The notes under the pieces: generated by a model
What the model was told of the DNA's origin: nothing
The model's input: only the letters and a program-made list of their open reading frames with translations
Databases searched by the model: none
Made by a program: the position numbers and the translations under genes
Shown here: positions 34,623-44,609 of the stretch, piece by piece
Layout of the letters: each line of letters starts with the position of its first letter
How positions within the stretch are numbered: position 1 is the first letter of the stretch
From: a virus
Lineage: Duplodnaviria; Caudoviricetes
Virus record (IMG/VR): IMGVR_UViG_3300037264_001118
Coordinates: 1 to 51,019 of that record
Reading direction: 5' to 3' (one strand)
DNA: 51,019 nucleotides

Positions 34623-35924
34623 ATGTCACAAATCAAGGGCAAACAACTTGCCGACGCGCCTAACGGCGTGACTACGGGCAAGATCAACGACCTTGCGGTT
34701 ACGACCGCGAAGATTGCCGACGCCAACGTTACGACCGTCAAGATTCTGGACGCCAATATCACGACCGCGAAGTTGGCGGCGGGCGTCCTTTCGGCGGACG
34801 CGGCGGGACGCGCGAAAATGGCGGCGGGTTATTTCGACTTGGCGCAAGTCGGAACGACTTTCGCGGCGGCGGCTATCGCCCTTTCGAAGCTGGAAGAAGC
34901 CGTCATTCAGGCGGACGGCGGGCAAGCGCACACGGCCAATCAGTCCATGGGCGGATTCAAGTTGACCAACGTTGGGACGCCGACCGTTGGGACCGACGCG
35001 GCCAACAAGGACTATGTGGACAACGCGATTGCGGGGCTGGCGTGGAAGGATTCCGTCCGGGTCGCCACGACCGCGAACACGGCCCTTACGGGATTGCTCA
35101 CGATTGACGGGGTTACGCTGGTCGCCAACGACCGAATCCTTGTCAAGAACAACACGGCCCCGGCGGAAAACGGAATTTGGGTTGCGGCGTCCGGCGCATG
35201 GACGCGGGCGACCGACTTTGACACACAAAACGAAGCCCTTTCGGGAACGGTCTTTGTTGAAGAAGGGTCAACCCAAGCGAACACGTCTTGGACCATGACC
35301 ACGGACGCGCCTATCACGATTGGAACCACGGGTCTTACGTGGGTTCAGTTCGCGGCGTCCGTTGCCCTTGTCGCGGGCGCGGGCTTGCTTGCCACGGGCA
35401 ACACTTGGTCCGTGGAACTGGCCCCCCTTGTTGCTGGACTTGAGTTCGACGCGGGCGGCGACGGTGGAAGGCTGAAGATCAAGATTCCGGCGGTTGCAAG
35501 CGTTCTACTGTTGAACGGCTCCGGGGAAATCACGGTCCAGAAAGACGGAAAGACGATTTCCGGGGCCTCAAACGGAATCCTTCGCGCGGCCCATCCTGTC
35601 GGCTTGAACAAGTTCCAAACCCCTTCGGTTGCGGCTGGCGAAGGTTCAACCACGGGCCTTACGCTTGGCGCATCCCCCGCCGAAGCCGTGGGTTCGGGCG
35701 GACCCATTCCGCACGTTCGGGTATTGGTCAACGGCATCGGTCAACGCTTGGGCAACGGCACGAAGACGGGCGTTGATTGCTACTTCAGCGCGGACGGCGG
35801 CACGACGGCGCGGACGTATACCGCCACGGTTGCCGGGGATACCCTTTATTGGAACGCGACGACGGCGGGTTTCGGGCTGGACGCAACCGACGTTGTGGAC
35901 ATGGATTACAACAGCATTTCCTAA
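34623..35924 (+). CDS. Fibre / head-decoration protein
   Basis: VTTAKIAD repeats, DAANKDYVD and KDSVRVATT..DGVTL..DRILVKN..NGIW motifs typical of phage fibres. Confidence 0.75.
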   Translation: MSQIKGKQLADAPNGVTTGKINDLAVTTAKIADANVTTVKILDANITTAKLAAGVLSADAAGRAKMAAGYFDLAQVGTTFAAAAIALSKLEEAVIQADGGQAHTANQSMGGFKLTNVGTPTVGTDAANKDYVDNAIAGLAWKDSVRVATTANTALTGLLTIDGVTLVANDRILVKNNTAPAENGIWVAASGAWTRATDFDTQNEALSGTVFVEEGSTQANTSWTMTTDAPITIGTTGLTWVQFAASVALVAGAGLLATGNTWSVELAPLVAGLEFDAGGDGGRLKIKIPAVASVLLLNGSGEITVQKDGKTISGASNGILRAAHPVGLNKFQTPSVAAGEGSTTGLTLGASPAEAVGSGGPIPHVRVLVNGIGQRLGNGTKTGVDCYFSADGGTTARTYTATVAGDTLYWNATTAGFGLDATDVVDMDYNSIS

Positions 35925-35984
35925 TGGTTTAACCCCGGCCCTTCCCGGGAAACCGGGGAGGGTCGTTTTAAGGGATTAGGAAAA

Positions 35985-36743
35985 ATGAAGACTAGAGTAA
36001 AGCAACTGGAACCCGGGGCTAACGGGGAATTCCTTCAGACTTCCGGCGGCGTTCCGGTTTGGGGCGCGGCCCCGGGCGGGTCCGGCGTAACCGCCGTGGG
36101 CTCCCCGTCTATCACGAAGATGGAACCGATTTCCCTTACGGGTCCGGCGTCCTACGTGGCGGGCGGATTTACGGCCACGTTCGGCAACCTTGCCGCGCTG
36201 GTCCGGGCCATCGTTTGCCTAGTCTCTTCCGCGACCTATTACCATTTCAAGATAACGGCCAAGTCGTCCAATCAAGTTACGATCAAAGCGTTTCGGAACG
36301 TCAACGCGCATACGCATACGTTCACGGGGACGACGCATACCCATTCGTTGACGATGAACGCGCATACGCATACGTTCACGGGGACCGCGCACGGGCATAC
36401 TTTGACCATGAACGCCCACGGGCATACTTTGGTTGCGACGGGCAACAGCACGGGCGTTCTTACGGCTGGTATGTCCACGACGGGCTTTCATATCCCGGTG
36501 GGCAACCCGACCCGTACCGTTGCGGCGGGTTCCGCGTCGGGCGTCGGGAACACCACGGACACGGGTACGGTTGCGAACACCACGGCGGCGGGAACCAACG
36601 CGAATACGGTTGATACCGGGACCGTGGGTAACACGGTCGCGGCGGGGACCAACGCGAGTACGTCGGCGGACGCGCTGGAAGAACTTGGGGCGGGCGTAAA
36701 CTTGTCGGCTGTTACGTTGGAACTTTTGGGCTTTGGTACTTAA
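35985..36743 (+). CDS. Fibre protein with HxH metal-binding needle repeats
   Basis: Five HTH/HGH motifs followed by mirrored NTT/GT repeats. Confidence 0.7.
   Translation: MKTRVKQLEPGANGEFLQTSGGVPVWGAAPGGSGVTAVGSPSITKMEPISLTGPASYVAGGFTATFGNLAALVRAIVCLVSSATYYHFKITAKSSNQVTIKAFRNVNAHTHTFTGTTHTHSLTMNAHTHTFTGTAHGHTLTMNAHGHTLVATGNSTGVLTAGMSTTGFHIPVGNPTRTVAAGSASGVGNTTDTGTVANTTAAGTNANTVDTGTVGNTVAAGTNASTSADALEELGAGVNLSAVTLELLGFGT
36303..36385 (+). repeat. 29-bp exact direct repeat (54-bp period) in the needle region
   Basis: aacgcgcatacgcatacgttcacggggac at 36303 and 36357. Confidence 0.85.
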
Positions 36744-36755
36744 ACGGGGGACCAA

Positions 36756-37475
36756 ATGAGCGAAGCGCATAAGATTGTCGAAACCATTACGGAACTTCGT
36801 AAGGTTTCGGACCACGCGGGGAAAGATCGAATCATGGTTCGGCCTTCCCGCGACTTCTACATTTACGAAGCCAACAACCTTTCGGCGGACGACGGGAACC
36901 TTGTCATAAAGCCCGACAACATCCTACCCGCGCAAGCGGGGCGGTTCGTTCGGGAAGTCCAAGACCCTTCGGACTTGTCGCAACCGCTGGCCCGGCACGT
37001 CGTTTCCGCCGACCAGTTCCTTGACGTGGGGCCGACTGATTGGGCGGTCAACGCCCCGGCTCCCCTGTCGTCGGATTCCATCGTCCCGGCCCTGCCCGTC
37101 CGTCGCTTTGACGACACGGCGGAAGAAGGCGTTGGGTTCTTGACCACGGTTCCCACGGGCGCGGGAAGCGTTCGGATTTCGTTCAAGCATCGCGCGCAAA
37201 CGGCCCCCGGCGGGGCTACGACGGTCGCGCCGAAGGTCTATTCCAGAAATCTCCCCCACAATGCCGCCCCCGGCGCGTGGTCGGCTGGCGTGGCCCTTGC
37301 GACCCTTCCCGTTCCCGCCAACGCTCAAATCCAGTACGGGGCCGCGCAAGTGTTCACGCTTGCGGCCTTGGGGCTGGTCGCCGGGGAACTGGCGTTGCTG
37401 GAAATGACGCGCGTTACCGGGGGGCTGGTTGGGGACTGGACGGTTTCCGAAGTCCTGTTGGAGTTCCTGAACTAA
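36756..37475 (+). CDS. Fibre/adaptor protein, N-terminus paralogous to 34146..34604
   Basis: VETITELRKVS...ADDGNLVIKPD..GRF. Confidence 0.65.
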   Translation: MSEAHKIVETITELRKVSDHAGKDRIMVRPSRDFYIYEANNLSADDGNLVIKPDNILPAQAGRFVREVQDPSDLSQPLARHVVSADQFLDVGPTDWAVNAPAPLSSDSIVPALPVRRFDDTAEEGVGFLTTVPTGAGSVRISFKHRAQTAPGGATTVAPKVYSRNLPHNAAPGAWSAGVALATLPVPANAQIQYGAAQVFTLAALGLVAGELALLEMTRVTGGLVGDWTVSEVLLEFLN

Positions 37476-38152
37476 TGGCTATGGAATTCGCCAACAACGG
37501 GGGCGCGAACGTCATAGCGTCGGACGCGGCGTTCCTTCCCCCGACCCCGTTTTCGTCCATTTCGTTTTGGGTGAAAATGGTTTCGCTGGTCCCCGCGCTT
37601 CAACGGTTTTTCGGGAACGCGACCAATTGGGAAGTACGGGTCAACAGCGCGGGGGTAGTCGTCACCGACGTATACAATCCTTCGGACGGGGCCGCGTCCG
37701 TGTCGGTTCTAGTCGCGGGCGCGTGGGCGCATGTCGCTTGCAACGCCGAAGACAACGGGGTTGACTCGATTACGGACATGCACTTGAACGGAGTTTTTCA
37801 AGCTGTCCGAACTGTCCCCCGTTCGGCGGTCGCGTCCATTGTCCAAACGATAGGGAACCGAACGGGCATGGCGTCCGCCCAAGGATTGAACGCGGTCCTT
37901 GACGATTTCCGGGTTTATAATCGCAAGCTGTCCGCTTCCGAAATCCAAAGCATTTTCGCGGCCCGTGGCCGGGATTCGATCCGTCAAGGGTTGTTGTCGC
38001 GCGTCCTGTTCAATGGGGGAGCCCCGGGAACTTCGCCCGTGGGCGTGGGCTCCGTCAAGGACCACGGCCCGAACGGGGTTCATTACGGGCCTTCGGGCGC
38101 GCCCGTGTACGCGGAAAAGTTCGTAAGCGGAAGTCGTCGGAGAAGCGCATAG
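37475..38152 (+). CDS. LamG/concanavalin-like domain protein
   Basis: SISFWVK, WAHVA and LDDFRVYNRKLSASEI motifs. Confidence 0.85.
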   Translation: MAMEFANNGGANVIASDAAFLPPTPFSSISFWVKMVSLVPALQRFFGNATNWEVRVNSAGVVVTDVYNPSDGAASVSVLVAGAWAHVACNAEDNGVDSITDMHLNGVFQAVRTVPRSAVASIVQTIGNRTGMASAQGLNAVLDDFRVYNRKLSASEIQSIFAARGRDSIRQGLLSRVLFNGGAPGTSPVGVGSVKDHGPNGVHYGPSGAPVYAEKFVSGSRRRSA

Positions 38153-38153
38153 C

Positions 38154-38879
38154 ATGGCCGTTGAATTTGTCGCGGCGTCTTCGCAACGGGCGAACTTGGG
38201 TCTTTCCCTGCCCTTCCTGAACGGTAAGCCGGGCGGCTCCGTTATGGCTTGGGTCAAAATGACTTCGCTTTCGGGAACCCGATCCTTGACCGAACAGGCC
38301 ATAGGCCCGCCCCCGGGGACTAGCGCGACTTCCCGGTTGTTCTTGGGGGTGCTTGGGAGCGGCGTACTTGAGTTGGGAGCCCGTGACGCGGACGGCGGCG
38401 GGTCGTTCGTCAACACGGGTACGCTTTCCATCGGTACGGGGGTTTGGGCGCATGTCGCGGGCGTGGTGGACATTGCCGGGGACGCATCGCATATTTACAT
38501 CAATGGGGCCTTGCATAAAACGCAAGCGTTCGCGTTCCCCAACGCCAGCTTCCCCGCCACGAATTCCAAGAACGGCCATGTTGGGTCCAATGACGACGGC
38601 GGGGCGCAGTTCTTCGACGGGCTGATTTCTGATTTCAGAATGTACGACCGGGCGTTGAAGGCTGAAGAAATCCAAACCATTTTCGCGGCACGGGGTCGGG
38701 ATACGATCATTGCCGGAATGGTCTTGAATCATCGCATGGCGGGCCGTCCGCCCGGGGCTGTCGCGTCCGTGGTCGGGGAATTGAAAGACGTTTCGATTTC
38801 ACAACGTAACGCCGACCCGGTAAATGGTCCGGTCTATCGGGAATCTTTTGTTTCTGGTTATCGGAGAAGGAGCGCATAA
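38154..38879 (+). CDS. LamG/concanavalin-like domain protein (paralog)
   Basis: SVMAWVK, WAHVAGV, IYING and ISDFRMYDRALKAEEI motifs. Confidence 0.85.
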   Translation: MAVEFVAASSQRANLGLSLPFLNGKPGGSVMAWVKMTSLSGTRSLTEQAIGPPPGTSATSRLFLGVLGSGVLELGARDADGGGSFVNTGTLSIGTGVWAHVAGVVDIAGDASHIYINGALHKTQAFAFPNASFPATNSKNGHVGSNDDGGAQFFDGLISDFRMYDRALKAEEIQTIFAARGRDTIIAGMVLNHRMAGRPPGAVASVVGELKDVSISQRNADPVNGPVYRESFVSGYRRRSA

Positions 38880-38880
38880 C

Positions 38881-39402
38881 ATGGCAAACTTTTTCAACAA
38901 TGCGACCAAGGAACTTCGTCTTAGCGGGCATTCCCCCGACTTCGGGGCGGGCTGGACCAAGAACCCGGCGGGGCTGGCCGCGCTGGTTGCGGCTGGCGTC
39001 CCGTCTTCGGAGTGGGTCGAAGCCCCGGCGGGGACCGTCCGCGAAATGACGGCGGCGGAAAAGGACGCCGGGCTTTTGGGCGCGCGGAAGCTGTCCAAAA
39101 TCATTTCGATGAAGAACGCCGTTTCGGTCTACATCGAATCGAAGTACGACCTTCCGCAACAAATCGCCATTCTTTCCCTTTACGCGGAAGGCATCGACAA
39201 GAACAAGAACAACCGAAAGGCGTTGGTCCAAAGCATCGTGGACTGGATGAATTCCGTACTTGGGGAATTCTACACGCGCAAGAACGCCGTCCTTGCCGCT
39301 ACCACGGTCGCGGCGGTCAATGCCCAATCGCACGACTTCACGGCCTTTGATGCGACGGTCCCGGCTACCACGGTCGAACAAATCAAGAACACGGGGAACT
39401 AA
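38881..39402 (+). CDS. Putative fibre assembly chaperone
   Basis: VREMTAAE then a helical domain, following the fibre genes. Confidence 0.5.
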   Translation: MANFFNNATKELRLSGHSPDFGAGWTKNPAGLAALVAAGVPSSEWVEAPAGTVREMTAAEKDAGLLGARKLSKIISMKNAVSVYIESKYDLPQQIAILSLYAEGIDKNKNNRKALVQSIVDWMNSVLGEFYTRKNAVLAATTVAAVNAQSHDFTAFDATVPATTVEQIKNTGN

Positions 39403-39403
39403 C

Positions 39404-39748
39404 ATGTTCGAATATACGGCCTTCGTTTCCCGGGTCTTGGACGGCGACACGCTGGAAGTTGAAATCGACTTGGGTTTCAACGTCAACGTTGAAGGCGTCC
39501 GGCTCCGTATTCGTGGCATCAACGCGCCGGAACTGGACAAGGACGGGGAGAAGGCGGCGGGGCAAGAGTCTAAGAAGTTCCTTGCCCTGTTGATCGAAGG
39601 CCAAATCGTTGAAGTGAAGACCTACAAAACCAAGACCGGACGGGACCGAAAGACCTTTGAACGGTACGTCGCGGACGTGTTTGTTGACGGAAAGAGCGTG
39701 GCGGACACCATGGTTGACGCGGGCCACGCGGTTATTGCGAAGGGTTAG
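39404..39748 (+). CDS. Thermonuclease (SNase-like)
   Basis: RVLDGDT..IDLGF..RIRGINAPE..ERYVADV..GHA; no signal peptide. Confidence 0.9.
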   Translation: MFEYTAFVSRVLDGDTLEVEIDLGFNVNVEGVRLRIRGINAPELDKDGEKAAGQESKKFLALLIEGQIVEVKTYKTKTGRDRKTFERYVADVFVDGKSVADTMVDAGHAVIAKG

Positions 39749-39749
39749 A

Positions 39750-40838
39750 ATGGCGGCGGACAGGGAACTAAGGGGCTTCCTGAACCAAGCCAACGTGGTT
39801 TCGGCTTTGGACGCGCACTATCAGCGCATCCTTGACCGAATCTTGCGGGAGTTGGCGGCGGGAGTCTCACGCCCCGGGGCCGCGCGGACGGCTGAACTTG
39901 TCCGCAATATACGCCAGTTGGTCCGGCAACTGGACCCCAAGCGGGATACGTTCGTCCGTAATTGGATTAGGAAAAACATCCCCCGGGCCTTCGTGCTTGG
40001 GGACCGGGCCGCGACCCGTGACCTTCAACGCCAGTTGCAAGCGGCCACGGAAGACCGGGCGGCGGAAGCTGGCCCCGTTAGAAGCGCGTTTACCGCCGTT
40101 AATCAAACTTCCATGAAGGCCATTACCGCCGCCATGGAAGAAACCCTTGGGCGCGCGGCGGACGAAATGCGGGCCAACCTTGGCTTGTTCATTCGCCGGA
40201 CCCAACAGGTTTTGGTTTCCGAACCCGCAATCCGCAACGTGACGGTTCAAGGAATCATCCGGGGAAGCACGTTCCGCCAGCGCGCGGACGAAATCGCGGC
40301 CCTGTTGTTGGGTAAGAAGGTCACGCCCCAAATCAAAAAGGATTTGGAATCAATCGGCTTCCGGGCCGAACACTTCAACGACTTCGAACGCATCGCGCGC
40401 GGGGAAATGATTACCGCCGGGGCGCGTCGGTTCAACGTCCGCGACTATGCGAACTTGGTAGCCCGGACGCAAACGCGCGAAGCCCACAAGGTCGGGACCG
40501 TGGCCCGGCTTCAGCAAAACAACATTGACCATGTTAGGGTTTCGGTCCACGCCCAAGGCGCATCGTTCCCCGACGAATGTACCCCGTTTGCGGGGCGCGT
40601 CTTCTACGTTGGGCCGTTGGCCGTGGACCCGTTGGGCTTCCCGTCCTTGAAGCGGACGCCGAACGGCGGTCCCCCCTTTCATCCCAATTGCAAGCATTCA
40701 CTCCAACCCTACGTGGTCCCGTTCAAGACCCAAGAGCAATTGGAAAAGGACCGCGTGGAAGCCCAATCAATCCCCAAGGTTCTTTTCGGCAAGACGGGAA
40801 GCGACGTTCGGAAGTTAGTCAATGCGGGGGCCGCATAA
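39750..40838 (+). CDS. Minor capsid / head morphogenesis protein
   Basis: YANLVART and C..F.GR..PPFHPNCKH motifs. Confidence 0.8.
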   Translation: MAADRELRGFLNQANVVSALDAHYQRILDRILRELAAGVSRPGAARTAELVRNIRQLVRQLDPKRDTFVRNWIRKNIPRAFVLGDRAATRDLQRQLQAATEDRAAEAGPVRSAFTAVNQTSMKAITAAMEETLGRAADEMRANLGLFIRRTQQVLVSEPAIRNVTVQGIIRGSTFRQRADEIAALLLGKKVTPQIKKDLESIGFRAEHFNDFERIARGEMITAGARRFNVRDYANLVARTQTREAHKVGTVARLQQNNIDHVRVSVHAQGASFPDECTPFAGRVFYVGPLAVDPLGFPSLKRTPNGGPPFHPNCKHSLQPYVVPFKTQEQLEKDRVEAQSIPKVLFGKTGSDVRKLVNAGAA

Positions 40839-41461
40839 TGACTATTCGCGGAATGATGGAAGACCGGGCGTTCCACGAAGAGATATTACGGAACTTGAAC
40901 CCGGATCATGTCAACGAACGTTGGTCCCAAGTTAGGCATTTGGGCAACGTTGCTTCCGTTGAACTGGAAATCGGGGAACTGTTGTATTCCCTTATCCGGT
41001 CCCTGAAACCCGAAGTCGTTTTGGAAACCGGAACCAATCGGGGCTTCTCCGGGGCCATGATTGCCCAAGCCCTTAGAGCAAACAACCACGGGCATTTGTA
41101 TACGGTGGACGTTAAGGACTACGGGGCGGCGTCCCTGTTTAATCGCTTCAATCTGTCCGGGCGGATTACTTGTCTAACGGGTTGGTCCGTCCCGGCAATC
41201 CAAAAACTAAGGTACAAACTGAAGGCCGTTGACTTCCTTTGGCTGGATTCGGGACACGACGTTGCGACCGTCCTTGGGGAATTCGAAGCGGCATTACCCT
41301 TGCTGAAGCCCGGAAGTTATGTTGCCTTTCACGACGCCGGACATATCGCCACGGAGGAACAAGCCGTTAAGGAAATCCGGCGAAGATATCCCGCTTGGGA
41401 ATACATCCGTTTTTCATCGTCGCGCGGACTGGACCTAATGAGATTTCAACAGGGGGGTTAA
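40838..41461 (+). CDS. Class I SAM-dependent methyltransferase (Methyltransf_24-like)
   Basis: VLETGTNRGFS, DFLWLDSGH and LKPGSYVAFHD motifs. Confidence 0.85.
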   Translation: MTIRGMMEDRAFHEEILRNLNPDHVNERWSQVRHLGNVASVELEIGELLYSLIRSLKPEVVLETGTNRGFSGAMIAQALRANNHGHLYTVDVKDYGAASLFNRFNLSGRITCLTGWSVPAIQKLRYKLKAVDFLWLDSGHDVATVLGEFEAALPLLKPGSYVAFHDAGHIATEEQAVKEIRRRYPAWEYIRFSSSRGLDLMRFQQGG

Positions 41462-42244
41462 ATGCCGAAACATACGGACGCGGAAAAGAAGAAGAAGTTG
41501 GAAGAAGAAGCGCGGAAGCGGCGTAAGGTCGCCATTGTGCATCAAGGCGAAGCGTTCGCTTCGCAAGGCTTGGGCAAGTTCGCTAAGGATGTTGTCCGGG
41601 TCGGGAAGTGGATTCATCCGGCTAACGGGCGGGAAGTCGCGTTCGACCAAGCCCGCCTTCAACGGCTGGCGGAAAACACCCAAAGCTATTTGGCGAACGG
41701 GAACAAAATCCCTTACCCGGACGGGCATTCGTTGAAGGTCAAGGACAACATGGGCTTTTGGCCCGGCCCCTTTATCGTCCATCGGGACGCGCTGGTTGCC
41801 GTCGTGGAGCCCACGGACGAAGACGCAAAGAAGGGAATGTTGGACGGGTCCATTGACGCCGTTTCGGTCTACATAGATACGGACGTTGTGGACCCCAAGG
41901 GGAACAAATACCCCGAAGTTATAACGCACGTTTGCGCGACCAATTACCCCGTCCTTACGGGGCAAGGCGAGTTCTTGAAGCTGGACCAATTGGCGGCGGA
42001 CGCGCTGGAATCCGAAGGAATGGGGCTTGACATATACTTCCCCACGGCCTTAGCATCGAAGATACGCCACCCCAAGGGAGATTCTACGGATAATCCCGAC
42101 CACGGGGCCGCGCTTTCGAAACTGGCCGACGCCGTTTCTTCCTTCAGGAAGACGGCCCCGGCCCTTTCCCTGTCCCGGGAAGAAAACATCGCTTCCGCGT
42201 TTCTTGGCCTATCCCGGGGAATCAAGAAAGGGGGGAACGCTTAG
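41462..42244 (+). CDS. Prohead protease (Mu gpI-like)
   Basis: DGH, VS and HVCATNYPV motifs; upstream of the scaffold and capsid genes. Confidence 0.7.
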   Translation: MPKHTDAEKKKKLEEEARKRRKVAIVHQGEAFASQGLGKFAKDVVRVGKWIHPANGREVAFDQARLQRLAENTQSYLANGNKIPYPDGHSLKVKDNMGFWPGPFIVHRDALVAVVEPTDEDAKKGMLDGSIDAVSVYIDTDVVDPKGNKYPEVITHVCATNYPVLTGQGEFLKLDQLAADALESEGMGLDIYFPTALASKIRHPKGDSTDNPDHGAALSKLADAVSSFRKTAPALSLSREENIASAFLGLSRGIKKGGNA

Positions 42245-42295
42245 AGCGTAACACGTAGCCTAAACGGTTTTAGAATAGTTTTTGGAGGAACAAGC

Positions 42296-42919
42296 ATGGA
42301 CCTTGAGAAGTTGGCGGAAGCCTTGGGGCTTCCGAAGGACAGCCCCGCCGACAAGGTTTATTCGGCGGCGGCGTCCGTTGTGCTGGACGGGAAGAAAGCG
42401 AAGGACAGTCTTTCGGCTTTCTCCGACCAGCTTTCCGGTCACGGCCTGAAGTTGGACCAAGGGAAGTTGGTCAAGGTTGCGGCTTCCACCACGCCCCCGG
42501 CGGACGAACAGCCCCGGGAAAAGGAACTGCGGGAACGGCTGGCGGCAATGGAAGGCGAGTCCGCCCGCGCCAAGCTGTCTTTCGCCAAGGCGGAAGCGGA
42601 ACGCATGGTCAAGGAAGGGCGCGTCCCCCCGGCCTTCGCGGAGAAGCTGTCAAAGGTCTTCGCCACGGTGGGCAAAATGGAAGCGTTGTCCCTGTCGTCG
42701 GACGGTTCCGCCGTTATCAAGCAAGCCGTGGACGGCGTGGAGTTGCTGAAGGAAATTCTTTCGGCCCTTCCCACGATCAAGGACGGCGGGCTTTCCCAAC
42801 TGTCGCCCATGTCGGACGACGTGAAGAAGAAGTCGGAAGCCCTGTCCGCCAAGGGCCGCGAAGTTGCCGCGCGGGTTTCCGGGCGGAAGCCCGAAACCGC
42901 CGGGTCCGAAAAGAAGTAG
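42296..42919 (+). CDS. Capsid scaffolding protein
   Basis: LAEALGLP; helical and charged; position between protease and decoration genes. Confidence 0.65.
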   Translation: MDLEKLAEALGLPKDSPADKVYSAAASVVLDGKKAKDSLSAFSDQLSGHGLKLDQGKLVKVAASTTPPADEQPREKELRERLAAMEGESARAKLSFAKAEAERMVKEGRVPPAFAEKLSKVFATVGKMEALSLSSDGSAVIKQAVDGVELLKEILSALPTIKDGGLSQLSPMSDDVKKKSEALSAKGREVAARVSGRKPETAGSEKK

Positions 42920-42997
42920 GACGCCGGGATTGTTCTTTGAGCGTTCCCGGCTGTCCCGGGTCGCGTTAGTCGAAAGGTCTTTCGGAGGAATAAAGCC

Positions 42998-43444
42998 ATG
43001 AACGACCATGTTGCATCCCTTCCGGGGATGGGTCCGAAGCGCGAGTTGGAAACGGTCGCGTTTCTGTTGGACAACAACCATTTGATGCGGCGGGGAATTC
43101 GCATCCACAAGGATACCGACGATATCGTTAACGTCGGCAAAGAGTACAAGTTGACGGCGGGCCTTGCGTTGGTCCGCGTCGAAGTCGGCGCGAACAAGGA
43201 CCGTTACGTTGACGCGGGCCATGTGGACGCGCCCGTTGCGGCGTCGGTCGTGGAAGCCGTGTTGCTCATGGAATCCCTGTCGTTGTTCGACGCGGACGCC
43301 GTGCGCGAAGACAAGAACGCTTCCGGTTTGATCCATGGTCGCGTGGACGAATCCAAGGTCCGCTTCGGCACGGGCGACCCGGCGTACATCAACGCGATCA
43401 AGGCCGCGCTGAAGTTGGTGGAGTTCGAAAAGCCCGCCCCCTAG
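42998..43444 (+). CDS. Head decoration protein
   Basis: ~150 aa, immediately before the major capsid gene. Confidence 0.65.
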   Translation: MNDHVASLPGMGPKRELETVAFLLDNNHLMRRGIRIHKDTDDIVNVGKEYKLTAGLALVRVEVGANKDRYVDAGHVDAPVAASVVEAVLLMESLSLFDADAVREDKNASGLIHGRVDESKVRFGTGDPAYINAIKAALKLVEFEKPAP

Positions 43445-43523
43445 TTCGTAGGGCTTTTCAGGTTTCTAAGATGGGCGTTCCGTGCAGGTTGTTTGAAATG
43501 GTTTTCGGTCGGAGGGACCAACG

Positions 43524-44534
43524 ATGATTGACGTAGAACTGCTGAAGCTGGAATCGTTGATCGGCATGATTAACGATTTCCGGCCCGGCGACCTTCGGCT
43601 TTCGGCTTCGGGCATTTTGCCCGAACAGTCGGGGCCGGGCCAGTCGTTCAATTGGGACATCTTGGGCATTCAACGCGACGTGGACACGTTCGAAGGCCGC
43701 ATGTCCCCGGCGGGTATCCGCAAACTTACCGTCCTGAAGAATCAGTCGGCGGTTTTGGCGCGGACTTTCAAATCCACGTTCGTTCCGGGGGCCGTGCTGA
43801 TCGACCTTCGGAACTTCGGTTCAGAGTCCCGCCAGCGCATCGCGGAAGACACGGTTGGGCGTGAACTTCAGTCGCTTTCGCGGTTGATCGACCGCCAAAA
43901 CGAATTCATGTATTCCCAAGCCCTGCAAGGTTCGCTTGCCATGACGATTGACGGCGTTCCGCATACCGTGAATTACGGTTTCAGCGGTTCGCACGTTCTC
44001 ACGGTCGGCGGCGGCATTCCGGCGTCGTGGGCCTTGCCCGCGTCGGATATCGTCGCGGATATCCGCAACATGAAGGTTCGGATTGCGGAAGACTCCGGGT
44101 TCCAAGCCGCGACGGTTTGGACTTCGACGGAGGTTATCGAATACCTTATCAAAAACGACTTCGTGAATTCCTACTTCGCTTCGACGCCCGCCGGGGTTCA
44201 GGCGTTGACGGAAGGCACGATTGGCCGTTTCATGGGGTTGAACTGGATTGCCTACGACGGCACGTACAAGGACGCGGCGGGGGCCGTGCAACGGTTCATC
44301 CCGAAAAACAAGTTGATCGTGACCCCCGGCCCCGACGCTGAATGGGGCTTCTTCCGCAAGGGTTCGGACGCGGTTCCCACGGACGACGGACGCGACATGC
44401 AGGAAGTCATTGGGCGTTACGCCTATTCCGACTTGTCGAAGAACCCGGCTTCCATCGGGCTTTACGCGGGCGAAGTCCGCTTGCCCATCATTCGCATTCC
44501 CGACGCGCTGGTTGTGGCGACGGTGACGCCGTAA
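43524..44534 (+). CDS. Major capsid protein (lambda gpE-like)
   Basis: 336 aa; IDRQNEFMYSQALQG..VNYG..W and C-terminal LPII..PDALVVATV. Confidence 0.85.
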   Translation: MIDVELLKLESLIGMINDFRPGDLRLSASGILPEQSGPGQSFNWDILGIQRDVDTFEGRMSPAGIRKLTVLKNQSAVLARTFKSTFVPGAVLIDLRNFGSESRQRIAEDTVGRELQSLSRLIDRQNEFMYSQALQGSLAMTIDGVPHTVNYGFSGSHVLTVGGGIPASWALPASDIVADIRNMKVRIAEDSGFQAATVWTSTEVIEYLIKNDFVNSYFASTPAGVQALTEGTIGRFMGLNWIAYDGTYKDAAGAVQRFIPKNKLIVTPGPDAEWGFFRKGSDAVPTDDGRDMQEVIGRYAYSDLSKNPASIGLYAGEVRLPIIRIPDALVVATVTP

Positions 44535-44558
44535 CGGAGTAGTTCCAACTTCACGGGC

Positions 44559-44586
44559 GGGGCGGGGGTCGAAAGGCCCCCGCCCC
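44559..44586 (+). terminator. GC hairpin after the capsid gene (terminator or stabiliser)
   Basis: ggggcgggggtc-gaaa-ggcccccgcccc; no strong U-tract. Confidence 0.5.
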
Positions 44587-44609
44587 ATCCCCCTTGAAAG
44601 GGAATTCGA

